A program made the position numbers and the translations under genes. The notes beneath the pieces are model-generated. The model was given only the letters and a program-made list of their open reading frames with translations. It was not told the DNA's origin and made no database searches. Of a stretch of 64,000 nucleotides of DNA, positions 28,732-39,500 are shown in pieces (positions within the stretch are counted from its first letter, which is position 1; each line of letters starts with the position of its first letter). The stretch comes from an uncultured virus (IMG/VR IMGVR_UViG_3300050343_000142) (lineage: Duplodnaviria; Heunggongvirae; Uroviricota; Caudoviricetes), in IMG/VR virus record IMGVR_UViG_3300050343_000142. The stretch is one strand, 5' to 3'.

Positions 28732-30435
28732 TTAACCCTCCAAGGTTGTTATTCTATCTTGTAATGTGTCTATCTTAGCAGACATATCTTTTATTGCTTG
28801 CACTAATACTGCTTCAAGCTCACCATTCAAAAGACCTCTTGAGCCGTGTGCTTGCTTTTCTTCAGATTCATCCTTTAGCCATGGGTCTACATAATAAAGT
28901 CTGTCTATTAACCAAGCTACATCATTAGTATCAATACCGTCATCTTCAAGTGCTTGTTCTACATCTTGTGCTGTAATTCTGTATGTTTTTCTTTTCATTG
29001 AGGAGAAAGAGTCTCTATAAGCTTTATCTGGGTTTGACTCAATCAATCTATCTACATATCCTTCATTAAAGTTTGCTGTTACAGGATTAAGTCTATTGAC
29101 TACATTAAGACCAGGTACAGTATTAGCATTTACTGATATAAACCTATCATCGTGCATCCATGCGTTAATATTTGAATTACCACTTCCATGGTTATGATTT
29201 AAGTTTGCAAAATTATTATGAGCGTGATTCGTGATAGAACTGTGATTATGAAATGAACTTGCATATGCGTGGTTATGACTAGAGTCTGCATAACCATTAT
29301 GGTCGTGGTCATTGTTATGAGTATGACCAGAGTTTGCATATCCGTGGTTATGACCAGAGTTTGCATAAGTATTTCCATGATGTGCATTGGCATTATTGTT
29401 TGTAATATATGCTTCGCTATGCTCACCGTTACCATGAGGGTCTTCAGCTAATCCATAGTTGTGATTATGGTTTGTATGAACTGAGGTATCATTGACATGT
29501 AATACAGCTGCATTTACACCTGATAATGACATACCATGAGCAGAACCTCCACCTTGGTTTGCAGTTATATCTGTATGGTCAACAACAGAGTTAAATGCAC
29601 TGTTGCTGGTAGATATAAAACTTGATAGGTCAGCATTTTCTAAAAAGTTTGAGTGATTATGATTAGCATTTTCTACATACACACTATGTGGATTATTAGC
29701 AAGTAAGTGGTCTCCCTCTAAAAAGTTTGAGTGGTTATGATTATCGTTTGATAATAATGTTCCTGAGTTAGGAAAACTATATCCAGAGTGACTATGACCT
29801 GAAGTTGCTGCCCAATTTGCACCACCTGCATTATTTCTAGTTAGTACTTCACCTGGTGAGCCACTAGCCCCAGAAAAAGATAAAGTTGCACCTACAGGTA
29901 TGTAAATTTCTCCAGCTGTTATTTCTAACTTACCGCTACCTCCACCAGCATATAGTTCTAAGTCATCATTCAAAAATGATGATATTCTAAAAGTATCTGC
30001 ACCACCAGTACCAGCTATAGTTTCAATTCTTCCAGTTGTTGCACTTCCTTGTATAAAGCTGATATAAGTTTCGTTAGTATTACCAATTTCTATTCTGCTA
30101 GTTCCTGATGAAGTTTTTATTTCACCACCAGAACCCATGACAAAACTACCTGTGAGGCTACTAGATTGTACCTCTGCTCTAATAGTTACATCATCAAATT
30201 CAGCAGAACCATCAGATGAAAATATTTTAAAACCTGAAGTTCCAGCAGTGTAGTTTGTATATATACCAGTTGAATCAATTGTAATACCGCCTACTGTTCC
30301 TGCTTGTGCAAATAATGTACCTGCACTCGTGACATAAAAATTAGGAGGACCAGCTGTAATAGCTTGAGTAAGAGTAGTTCCTGTACTACCAGACCCTAAC
30401 CAAACATTACCTGTTGTATCTAAATGAAATCCCAT
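28732..30435 (-). CDS. His-rich tail fibre/spike with C-terminal S74-like intramolecular chaperone
   Basis: About 11 HxH motifs; GL..V.RLNPV, AQDVEQ, LVQAIKDMSAKI C-terminus. Confidence 0.8.
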   Translation of the reverse strand: MGFHLDTTGNVWLGSGSTGTTLTQAITAGPPNFYVTSAGTLFAQAGTVGGITIDSTGIYTNYTAGTSGFKIFSSDGSAEFDDVTIRAEVQSSSLTGSFVMGSGGEIKTSSGTSRIEIGNTNETYISFIQGSATTGRIETIAGTGGADTFRISSFLNDDLELYAGGGSGKLEITAGEIYIPVGATLSFSGASGSPGEVLTRNNAGGANWAATSGHSHSGYSFPNSGTLLSNDNHNHSNFLEGDHLLANNPHSVYVENANHNHSNFLENADLSSFISTSNSAFNSVVDHTDITANQGGGSAHGMSLSGVNAAVLHVNDTSVHTNHNHNYGLAEDPHGNGEHSEAYITNNNANAHHGNTYANSGHNHGYANSGHTHNNDHDHNGYADSSHNHAYASSFHNHSSITNHAHNNFANLNHNHGSGNSNINAWMHDDRFISVNANTVPGLNVVNRLNPVTANFNEGYVDRLIESNPDKAYRDSFSSMKRKTYRITAQDVEQALEDDGIDTNDVAWLIDRLYYVDPWLKDESEEKQAHGSRGLLNGELEAVLVQAIKDMSAKIDTLQDRITTLEG

Positions 30436-30436
30436 G

Positions 30437-33400
30437 TTATGGAGTTCCTCCTATGTGTAATTCTCCTCCAGTAATTGTAACAGAAGTTGCTACGAGGTCA
30501 CCGCTATTAGTTACAGAAAATGGTGCGTTACCAAGAGTATGATGTCCAAGGTATAAGTTACCATTTTCATCAACTACAAAAATATCTGTATCCGTTGTAT
30601 TATCGTATTTAGCACTAGCACCTATAGTCAATGTTCCACCCACAACATCTGACCTAAAAGTACCACTGTTAAATTCAACAGAACCATCATTATTTAAGAT
30701 AAATCCAGAAGAACCAGAAGAGTAATTACCTTTAATAGTTGTATTACCACCATCTAGTTCTAAGTTTCCAGCAGTTAGTTTGTTTGATGCAATACTCCAA
30801 CCACCAATGTTTCCTGTAGTTGCAGTTATATTACCTCTTATTAAAGCGTCATTTATTTCTATAAAACCATCAGGATATGTAGCATTTGACTTTTGTATAG
30901 ACCAACCTGAAGTTCCTGTAGCATAATTGTCTGATTCAATTAAGTTTGCAATCTTAACATTTGATATTGCTGCATCTGCAATCTTTGCTGTTCCCACTGA
31001 TAGGTTTTGTATTTTTGCAGAAGTAATAGCAGCGTCATCTATGTTTTCAGTTGCAACTAGAGCAGCATTACCTTGTTGCTCATCAGAAGGGTCTGATTCA
31101 TTTCCAGCATTATCTACAGCAGTAAATCTAAAGAACATTGTTTGAGCACTATCTAAAGAGTCTCCTTTTAATGTTGCTACTGCTGGAATACTTAATCTTA
31201 GGAAAGAAGCATCACAAGGTATGTTTCCTAATTTTGTTGATTCTGCAACAGTAAACCCAGAAGTAGTAGAACCATAAACATTTAAATAAGATAAGTCAGA
31301 AGGTAGTGTGAAATTTGTAATACTTGACACTGGGTTACCTGCATCATCTGTAGCTCTACCTAAATGGTGTATAACTTGTACTGCACCTTGTATAGTTGCC
31401 ATAGTTGTAGCTTGTGCTGGCTTATTAGGCTGAGCACTATCTACAGCTGTAGTTATAGTTTCATAAACATATCCTGAAGCTGCACCAGTAGTAACAGCTT
31501 GAACACCAACCTTGTAATCAGTGGCTTTTTGCAAACCTTCAACAGTAAATGTTTCATTACCCCATTGAACGAAGTATTTAGTAGCGTCACCTAAATCAGG
31601 GTTGACAGGTTCTACAGATATTTCATAATGTAGACCATTTTCAATAACAGTACCACTTGTATTTCTAGGAGTTCTCCATTCTATAAATATAATTGATTGC
31701 TGTGTACCTACTGCATCTGTATAGAAACTAGATGTTGTTCTTATACCTTCTGAATCCACATTATCAGGGTCTAATACTTTTCCTGGTTTGTATTCTGTTC
31801 TACCAGTAGTAGTACCAGATAATTGGTTAGAGAATCTTAAATCATCACCTATCTGTTTACCCAGGTCTCCGACATCAAGTGAAGTATTTCCTGTCTCAAA
31901 CATAACATAATCAGATAAATCTATATACCTTACTTGATAAGGAGAGGTGCTTGTAACTTTTCTTAAATAAACACCAAAGCTATCTTCTATTGGATAGGAT
32001 ATTCCTATTATTCTTATCTTCTCAGGATTTATATATTGACCTTGCCAAATAGCTTCATAAGGTTCGGTTCTACCATCAGCAATAGCTTTAGTAGGTGTGT
32101 CAACAAAACCAACTTCAGGGTCGTAAACATATATGTTATCCCCTACTTCAAAGTCACCTTTGATGTCATAATACTCAAGTGATAACGACAGAGATTTTTT
32201 AGTTCTAGTAAATTCATCCAAGTATGCTTCTGCTCTTTTTGGAGCCATAAGTGCATTTGTATCAGATTCGTTTACATAAGCAACTCTTTCAAGTGGATTG
32301 CCAAATAAATCATAGTAAGGGACGTCTGTTAAAAATCTCTCTACTAAGTCTATATTTTGACCATCAGAACCTACATTCTTTAAATATTCGACACCAGATA
32401 CCCAATCTTCAGCTTCAAACTGTGTAGTCAGTGCATCAGGATTTAAACCTATAATTCCTGGGTCTTCACCTGATGAATCTCTAACAATGATTGCTTTTGG
32501 TTCATCATCATTATGACCTTGAAACAAGCTTTCACTAGGTCCAGCATCTATTGTTCCGTTAGTGTTTACTTTATATTCTGTGTCCATCTGAGACATAACT
32601 TTTTTTAATGCATTTAGTACAGACTCTACATTGTGTAAACCTGTATAGCTATTAGCAGTATTATCTACTGTTGGTGCTGATGTTGATGGTGTGAAGTTAG
32701 AATTATATAAAGCTTCACCCTTAGTAACTTTTAATCCGTCTATATAACCTTTAAAGTAATCTGCTTGCTGACTTTTTCCTATTGAAAAGTTTAAGGAAGC
32801 TTTTTCGTCAGTTCCACTTGTTTTAGCATCTCTAGTTACTCTCTTTAAAGTTTTATCAGAAGTGAATTGTGAAACTAATGTACCGTTTTCCCATGTAGTA
32901 AACTTATTATCTTTTCTAGTTACAGCTCTATGAACCCATTGTCCATTTTGTCTATCACCTAATTTAATTCCATCTGCAATATCCCATATAGTAGAATCAA
33001 TTCCAGTAATACCATCAATAGTACTTTCTGCTCTAGTACTTGTCATAAAAATTTGTAATTCACCAGAACCATTGTCTAGTCCTAATATGTATGGTGGTAC
33101 TGAGCCATCGTTTTGTGCTGCTATTGCTGGTCCGTTAGTTGTTCTAGGTCTTATACTTGTAAATGTTTGAGCACCTTTGTACCATCTGTTATTTATTTGC
33201 CAAAACTGAGAATAAGCTTTTTGATAGAACGGGTCTTCTTCCCAATAGTTTTCATTGCCAGGGTCTGTATCGTATATTGAAGCATCACCAGTATAGTATT
33301 GTGGTATCTCTGCTTCTCTACCTTGGTCTAATAATGACCTAATAGTATTACTTACAGAACCAGTTGGTAAAGTTGTTTGTACAATGTCTACCCATGCTGG

Positions 33401-34480
33401 TGCATTCGGTCTAGCCATAAAGAAGTCTTGATTTATTGCAGGTCCTAAATACCACTGTGAATTAGTTCTTGGGTCAAGAGGTGTAGCAGTAGGGTTTACT
33501 GCACTGTTAGAACCAAGTAGTTCATCGATGTCTTCCTGTCTTTGTTTAATTAATGCTGGGTCCCAAAGTAATCTATTTTCCCATGTTACCTTTGTACCAT
33601 TTACTACAATTCCATCAGTTCTGTGAGTAAGCATTAAGTTAGAAGCTATAGAAGCATCTCCGTTTGGATAGTCCATTGGTTTAGCTTTAGCACCAAGAAA
33701 CATTAAGGAATAACCTGCATCATTGTAAGATGTAAGATTACTAGAACTTGTTACTGAAGTACCATCTACTTGTTTGTATTCATAAACAAACAAAGTGTCT
33801 TCAAAAGCTTCTTTACCTACTGCAAAGCACAAACCTACCATCATATCAAAGTGTTGTTGAGCTAAAGTAGTGTCATAAGGAAATGAGTCTTCATACCCAG
33901 TAAATACAGCTATTACTTTATTTTTGTAACCAACTATGTCTTCAGCAAGTAATGTAGAAGCTATAGACTCCGAAAAACGTTGGTTTAATGTCGAAGTATC
34001 ATCACCTATGTATTTAACTCTTATACCCTTAGTGATTACGTTATTACTTGAATCTAAGAATTTACCACCATCATCAGTAGTAGCAAATACATCACCTTTT
34101 TGTATTGGGAAAGCGTAATCTATATTGTTAATCTGAAAAGCTGTTGAATTAGCGTCTGATGCATTTTCTTTAACGCTATAAAAATCATAAAACAAAGCAT
34201 CTGAACCTTTCCATTGTGCTCCTTCATTTCTGTAAGTATGACCATAACCAACAACTAGGGAACCTCTTACACCATTATGAAAATCTGGGTCATAAGGAAC
34301 TCTACCTCCAACACTCTCTGCATATATAGTAGAACCAGAAGGAACTGGGTCATTATCTAGGTAGTTACCTAAATTTGGATAGCCTGAGTCATAAACAAAA
34401 GGAACAAAACCAATTCTGTCCTTAACCTTTGTTATTCCACCAGAGCTTATATTTGCGTTTGCTAAATCAAACTGCGGCAT
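30437..34480 (-). CDS. tail-tip/central tail protein with lysozyme-like, partial LamG and FN3-like domains
   Basis: VGYGHT, QQHFD.MV.L.F.VG; WVH.AVTR..F.GYIDG; AITSAKI repeats. Confidence 0.75.
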   Translation of the reverse strand: MPQFDLANANISSGGITKVKDRIGFVPFVYDSGYPNLGNYLDNDPVPSGSTIYAESVGGRVPYDPDFHNGVRGSLVVGYGHTYRNEGAQWKGSDALFYDFYSVKENASDANSTAFQINNIDYAFPIQKGDVFATTDDGGKFLDSSNNVITKGIRVKYIGDDTSTLNQRFSESIASTLLAEDIVGYKNKVIAVFTGYEDSFPYDTTLAQQHFDMMVGLCFAVGKEAFEDTLFVYEYKQVDGTSVTSSSNLTSYNDAGYSLMFLGAKAKPMDYPNGDASIASNLMLTHRTDGIVVNGTKVTWENRLLWDPALIKQRQEDIDELLGSNSAVNPTATPLDPRTNSQWYLGPAINQDFFMARPNAPAWVDIVQTTLPTGSVSNTIRSLLDQGREAEIPQYYTGDASIYDTDPGNENYWEEDPFYQKAYSQFWQINNRWYKGAQTFTSIRPRTTNGPAIAAQNDGSVPPYILGLDNGSGELQIFMTSTRAESTIDGITGIDSTIWDIADGIKLGDRQNGQWVHRAVTRKDNKFTTWENGTLVSQFTSDKTLKRVTRDAKTSGTDEKASLNFSIGKSQQADYFKGYIDGLKVTKGEALYNSNFTPSTSAPTVDNTANSYTGLHNVESVLNALKKVMSQMDTEYKVNTNGTIDAGPSESLFQGHNDDEPKAIIVRDSSGEDPGIIGLNPDALTTQFEAEDWVSGVEYLKNVGSDGQNIDLVERFLTDVPYYDLFGNPLERVAYVNESDTNALMAPKRAEAYLDEFTRTKKSLSLSLEYYDIKGDFEVGDNIYVYDPEVGFVDTPTKAIADGRTEPYEAIWQGQYINPEKIRIIGISYPIEDSFGVYLRKVTSTSPYQVRYIDLSDYVMFETGNTSLDVGDLGKQIGDDLRFSNQLSGTTTGRTEYKPGKVLDPDNVDSEGIRTTSSFYTDAVGTQQSIIFIEWRTPRNTSGTVIENGLHYEISVEPVNPDLGDATKYFVQWGNETFTVEGLQKATDYKVGVQAVTTGAASGYVYETITTAVDSAQPNKPAQATTMATIQGAVQVIHHLGRATDDAGNPVSSITNFTLPSDLSYLNVYGSTTSGFTVAESTKLGNIPCDASFLRLSIPAVATLKGDSLDSAQTMFFRFTAVDNAGNESDPSDEQQGNAALVATENIDDAAITSAKIQNLSVGTAKIADAAISNVKIANLIESDNYATGTSGWSIQKSNATYPDGFIEINDALIRGNITATTGNIGGWSIASNKLTAGNLELDGGNTTIKGNYSSGSSGFILNNDGSVEFNSGTFRSDVVGGTLTIGASAKYDNTTDTDIFVVDENGNLYLGHHTLGNAPFSVTNSGDLVATSVTITGGELHIGGTP

Positions 34481-35169
34481 TATGCCTCCCTATATTCCCA
34501 CCATTCAACTGTAAAATCTTCAGATTCAAACTGGAAATGATAAGAATAGTCAACCTCCAAGTAATCCCTATCACCATCTAAGTATAATGAACTACTTCCA
34601 AATTTAGCTTGGTCAGTACTTATTTTTGCATTCCCATAAAATTCAACATCATGTTTTTTAGTTGTAGCGTCAGTAGTTGTCTTGTCACCATTGTTGCCTT
34701 CAAAGTTTAAAATTAAATCTGTACTTTCTTTTGAGGGATTAGTTATTGTTCCAGGTCTAATTGCTCTTAGTCCAGCGTCTCTTCCATCTCTAAGTATTCC
34801 GTATGGTGTTCCATCTTTGTTATCTAAAACATACTCTAAAGATTTATTTTCATAACTTCTCATATTAGATATGTCGCCTTGGTCAGATATAGGCATACCA
34901 CGACTACCACCATCACCTAAATATGTACCTAAACCTGCTCCTGTTATTTCTACAGCGTCATCTCCTAAACCTAGTGTTTTTATGACACCAACATATTCAG
35001 CTGAAGTTAACATAGCTGAGTCATTTAATTCATCTTCAGTAACTCTTGAAGGAACAATTACTATTTGGTCCCAAGCATCAACGCTATTTAAAACTGAGTT
35101 AGGTAGCTTGTTGTAATCTAGTTGTACACTGAATGAACCCTGAGCCATTAACTTTTCTGTTACTGCCAT
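34480..35169 (-). CDS. minor tail protein ending in the N-terminal half of a LamG domain
   Basis: LILNFEG..GNAKISTDQAKFGSSSLYLDG..DFTVEWW immediately before the stop. Confidence 0.7.
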   Translation of the reverse strand: MAVTEKLMAQGSFSVQLDYNKLPNSVLNSVDAWDQIVIVPSRVTEDELNDSAMLTSAEYVGVIKTLGLGDDAVEITGAGLGTYLGDGGSRGMPISDQGDISNMRSYENKSLEYVLDNKDGTPYGILRDGRDAGLRAIRPGTITNPSKESTDLILNFEGNNGDKTTTDATTKKHDVEFYGNAKISTDQAKFGSSSLYLDGDRDYLEVDYSYHFQFESEDFTVEWWEYREA

Positions 35170-36515
35170 TAGGATTTCACCAGCTTTTGATATTCATAAA
35201 CATTGTCAAAGTATTGGTCTCTAACGGAGGTAGCAGTGTCTGCTGAGTTAATAGATGTATCCTCTTGTGCTAATTCATAACCAATAAATGCTTTCATTTG
35301 AGAGCCATTTTTATACATCATTTCTCTACCTGTATCAAATAATAAAGATGATGAAGCACTATCAGGACTACCTAGTATCCATTTATTTCCATCTTCAGGA
35401 GAAGCAGTATTATCTATTATGTATCCAGTTCCTGTTGCTGCATCAGTTCCAGAATATGTAGATAGTGATAAATTAAACCTACTTGAAGTAAATTGATTAG
35501 CTACTATTGAAACATGATGAGCACCACGTCTTAGTGTAAAATCTACTACTAACCTACCATCTTTGCTGTCAGCATTTAGATAAGTAGTACATCTTACAGT
35601 TGCACATTCAGGGTGATTTTTAAGTATTTGCATAGTTCTCCAACCAAGCCAATTAGTAGAAAGGTGGTCAGTTCCAGAAGGTGTTCCTCTAGTAAAAGCC
35701 CATGTTTTACTAGACTGATAATCTGCAACATCATATATGTAAGTATTAAACAAAGCTTGAGTTGATGAGGGGCTAAATTCTACCTTTACTAATCCATTTT
35801 CTAAAGAAAGACTTCCAGGTTTGTTATTAGAGAATAAACCACATCTTATTTCTTCACCTGTGTCAGTAAGAGTTTGTACATTAGCACTAGAAGTAAAACC
35901 TTTATAATAAGTTCCTGTTTTTATTAAACAAGCTCCTTTATAAAAGTCTTCTGGTTCTACATGGTACTGAGCATTAGCAGTTCTTAAATTGTTATCTGTT
36001 TTAAGTCTAAGAGTTGTATTTGCACCAGTAGCAGTGCTTGTCTCGTCTTTTGCTAACCTTGTACCATCTGTTGGTTCACTTGGGTGATAATAATTGTAAT
36101 GGTCACCAGGTGAGGCATGAAATTGGTTAGTAGTGCTAGTTACACTATGGTCATTGTCTAGTAAGGCACCAGTGAATCGTGATTCAAAAACTACTTCACC
36201 AGACCTACCTAAATATTCAAATTCTACACTATAAGAAAAACCACCACGTTGATATCTTTTAGTTTGTATATTAGATGAGTTAACTTTTACATATCCATCA
36301 TATGTTGAGTCTCCATCATATCTAAAGGGAACTGTTAAACCATATGAAGCTAAAGAAACTAATTCGTCTCTAATATATTTTATGTGTTCTAAGGTGACTT
36401 CTTCTCCACCCATTTTACCTGAGATGCTTAAACTTCTACCACCATCTCCAGATTCAAAACTTAATGAACCAGGTGATGTAAAAGACAATCTACCTATATG
36501 TACTTTGTGAGCCAT
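35169..36515 (-). CDS. minor tail protein (distal-tail position)
   Basis: Immediately downstream of the tape measure gene. Confidence 0.65.
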   Translation of the reverse strand: MAHKVHIGRLSFTSPGSLSFESGDGGRSLSISGKMGGEEVTLEHIKYIRDELVSLASYGLTVPFRYDGDSTYDGYVKVNSSNIQTKRYQRGGFSYSVEFEYLGRSGEVVFESRFTGALLDNDHSVTSTTNQFHASPGDHYNYYHPSEPTDGTRLAKDETSTATGANTTLRLKTDNNLRTANAQYHVEPEDFYKGACLIKTGTYYKGFTSSANVQTLTDTGEEIRCGLFSNNKPGSLSLENGLVKVEFSPSSTQALFNTYIYDVADYQSSKTWAFTRGTPSGTDHLSTNWLGWRTMQILKNHPECATVRCTTYLNADSKDGRLVVDFTLRRGAHHVSIVANQFTSSRFNLSLSTYSGTDAATGTGYIIDNTASPEDGNKWILGSPDSASSSLLFDTGREMMYKNGSQMKAFIGYELAQEDTSINSADTATSVRDQYFDNVYEYQKLVKS

Positions 36516-39500
36516 TATCTCCTCGACAATCCTGTTCCTGAAACGCCTTCCTTTTCAAGATTTACTAATGCTTTTTGTATTTGAACTGCTGCTTTTCTAG
36601 CTTGCAATGGGTCAGTAGGTACACCAGTTACATTTACATTAAGACTACCTACAGTAATACTACCACTTCTTTCAGAACCTTCAGGTGTTACTCTTAATCC
36701 ACCTTGAGGTAAAGCAGTAACCATTTCTGGTCCATACTCACCAACAAGTGCTCTTTGGAATGGCTTCATACCACCACCATATTTTCTTTTTAATATATAC
36801 TGATATTTTTTCTGACCTAATCCATCAAGCAAACCACGAGCTTTCATATAAAGGTCATCAAAATATGCCACATTATTATTTTGTAAAGCTTCTTTATATA
36901 TTAAGTCTTGGTCCATGCTTCCTGATATTTCAAGACCAGTTTTAGGATGAAAACGTTTACCTTTGTTTACACCTGCTGTAACTTGAGGTATTCCATCCAT
37001 TCCAAAATATTCTAAGACTTCTTCCAAACTTCCTGTATTATTACCAGTAGCTCGGTTATACATGTCTATTACATTTTGTCTATTTCTTAGGTTATATGTG
37101 TTCTGATTAATTCCTAGACTGTCATCCTTTACGTAATCGTAAGTAACTTTTTCTTTATCAGATAATCTTGATAAATCTCCAGTATCTCCTAATCCAAATC
37201 CAGTAGTTCCAAGTACAGTAGAACCATAATTTTGGTTAGACCCACTACCTTCTGCTATTGCCAAAGAAGAAGTATCTGCAATACCTAGATTTTCTATTTG
37301 GCTTTGTGAAAAGTTTATTTGTCCCGCACTGTCTAAGTTTGTTGCAACGCCTAAGAATGATTGTAAAGCTCTGTTGTAATCAGAAAATGTAATATCTTGA
37401 CCTTGTTGCACACGTCTTAATGCATTTTGACTAGCTGTGTAGTCATCAAAATCTGTAAATACACTTCTATCGTTACCAGAAGTTTTTCCTAATTGAGTTG
37501 CGGAATTTGCCTTAGCACTACCCTTTCTAAAAAATTCTAGGAAAGGTTCTAAAGCACTACCTTCAAATAGTTGATTAAATTCCTCAGCTCTTCCTACTGT
37601 ATTTCTTCTGTTCATTGCATCATCTGGTGCAGAATCAAAAGAAGTATTTCCAAGTAAGTCTAATGACTGTACATGAGCAAAAGCTGCATTAGCTTCTGTA
37701 ACTATTTCTCTGATTGCTCTAATAGCTCTATCAGCACCAGTTTCTGTTGTAGATACGAATAAATCTGTTTTTTGTTTTATTAAATCTATAGTGCTTCCAA
37801 CTCCACCATATCCATCTACTAAGGCGTTAAATAATTCTGGTGAGCTTTTAGCAAAGTCTGCAAACTTATCTCTAGCATCTGCATATTTCATTTCAGATGT
37901 AAAAACATTTTCAGTAGAGGCGTCAAGGTTGTCATAAGCAGTTTGTAGTTCAAAACTTGAGTTAGCAGCTTCATCAAGAAGTGCTATGTTCTCTTCTCTC
38001 AAGGCAATCAATTCTTGGTCAATCTCTCTAGCTTCTTTCTCGGTCTGCTGTAGTGACTTCTCTGCTTCAGCAAGTTTTAATATCTCTACACGTTGTTCTT
38101 CAATAGTTTTATTTGTACCTTTAAGTTCAGCTAATTTTTCTTCAGCTATCTCAACATCTAAAGAATCAACAATACCTGCTTCGGCTGCGAGCCTTAATTC
38201 TTCTAATTCTTTTTCAGCATCAGCAATTGCTTTACGCTCAGAAGCAGATTTCTTACCACTCATATCTTTTTTCATCTGGTCTATAGATATTTTTTGTTGA
38301 AGAATGTTTAATTCTTCAGTCATGGTGATATTGTTCTTACGTCCCTCTAATTCAGCTTTTTGTAAAGATATTTGATTTTTAAGTATTCTTTCACTTAATG
38401 TAGCATTCTTTCTTCTAGTAGCCATTAAAGACTGTTCAGACTTCTGTACAGCAAAGTTTGCAGCAGTTACACCTCTTTGAGCACCTGTAACAGCAAACAT
38501 CATATTTAAAGCTTTAGTAAGACTACTAACTGCTTCTGGTATAGTCATCAATAATACTTGACCCTCTGCTATTGCATCACTAATTACAGTTGTAAGTGCT
38601 TCTTTGATTGTTCCATCTTCTCTGAAAATACCTAAAGCAATACCTTGTGCTAATGGCTCACCAAGTACTTCAGCTGTTAATTTAGAAGGAGAACCTTCTT
38701 TAATGTAATATCTAGTAGCATCAATAGCATTTTTCATTGTTCCAACAAATACTTCTTCAAGTTCTTTACTGTTATTTTGTATTCCCATGATGATACCTTT
38801 AGATGCGTTTTCACCCAGAATTAAACCAGACTGTTGCATTTTTTCAATTTCTTGCTCACTAATACCTAAGTCTTCAGCTTTAAATGGAGCAATTCTAGTC
38901 ATAGAAGCTTCAAGTGTGAATGCTGCAACTGGGTCTTGGAGTAAATCATCTAATATTTCTTCAGCAGCTAAACCTTGCTCTGCTATATCTTTTGCAAGCA
39001 TAGGTGCAATAGAAGAAAGTCTTTTAACATCGTTTTGGAAATTTTTAAGTCTAGCTTCTTTAATGACCATTTCTTCAAGCATCCTGTCAACACTCTTACG
39101 TATAGTTTCAGGCATACCACCAAAAACAGTTGCTAGGTTACCAGAAGCTCTTTTAAGTGATTCGTTTAAGGCTCTTTCAAATTTAGTCATTTGGAACTCA
39201 AGTATTCCAAGTGATTGAGCACTTGCTTGTGCTTGTGCTATTTGTTGTTGTTGATAAACTCTACTTGCATTTGAAACTTCTCTAATGGCTCTATCCCTAT
39301 CTTTTATAGGGTCTATGTCTTGCATCATTACGCCATTTTGCTTTAGGAAGTTCATTTGTTTAATTAAACCTTCGTTTTGCATTTTTATAAAGGTTGAATT
39401 AGCATCTCCCAAACTATCTACATTTCCTACTCCTTGCCTTCTTGTAACTTCTCCTAATAGGATATATCCATTTAATTGCTCTAATGCATTTTCTATATCT

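Noticed and set aside
19619..30435. Diversity-generating retroelement acting on the fibres
   Set aside because: No reverse transcriptase and no adenine-specific TR/VR pair seen; the repeats are protein-level modules.
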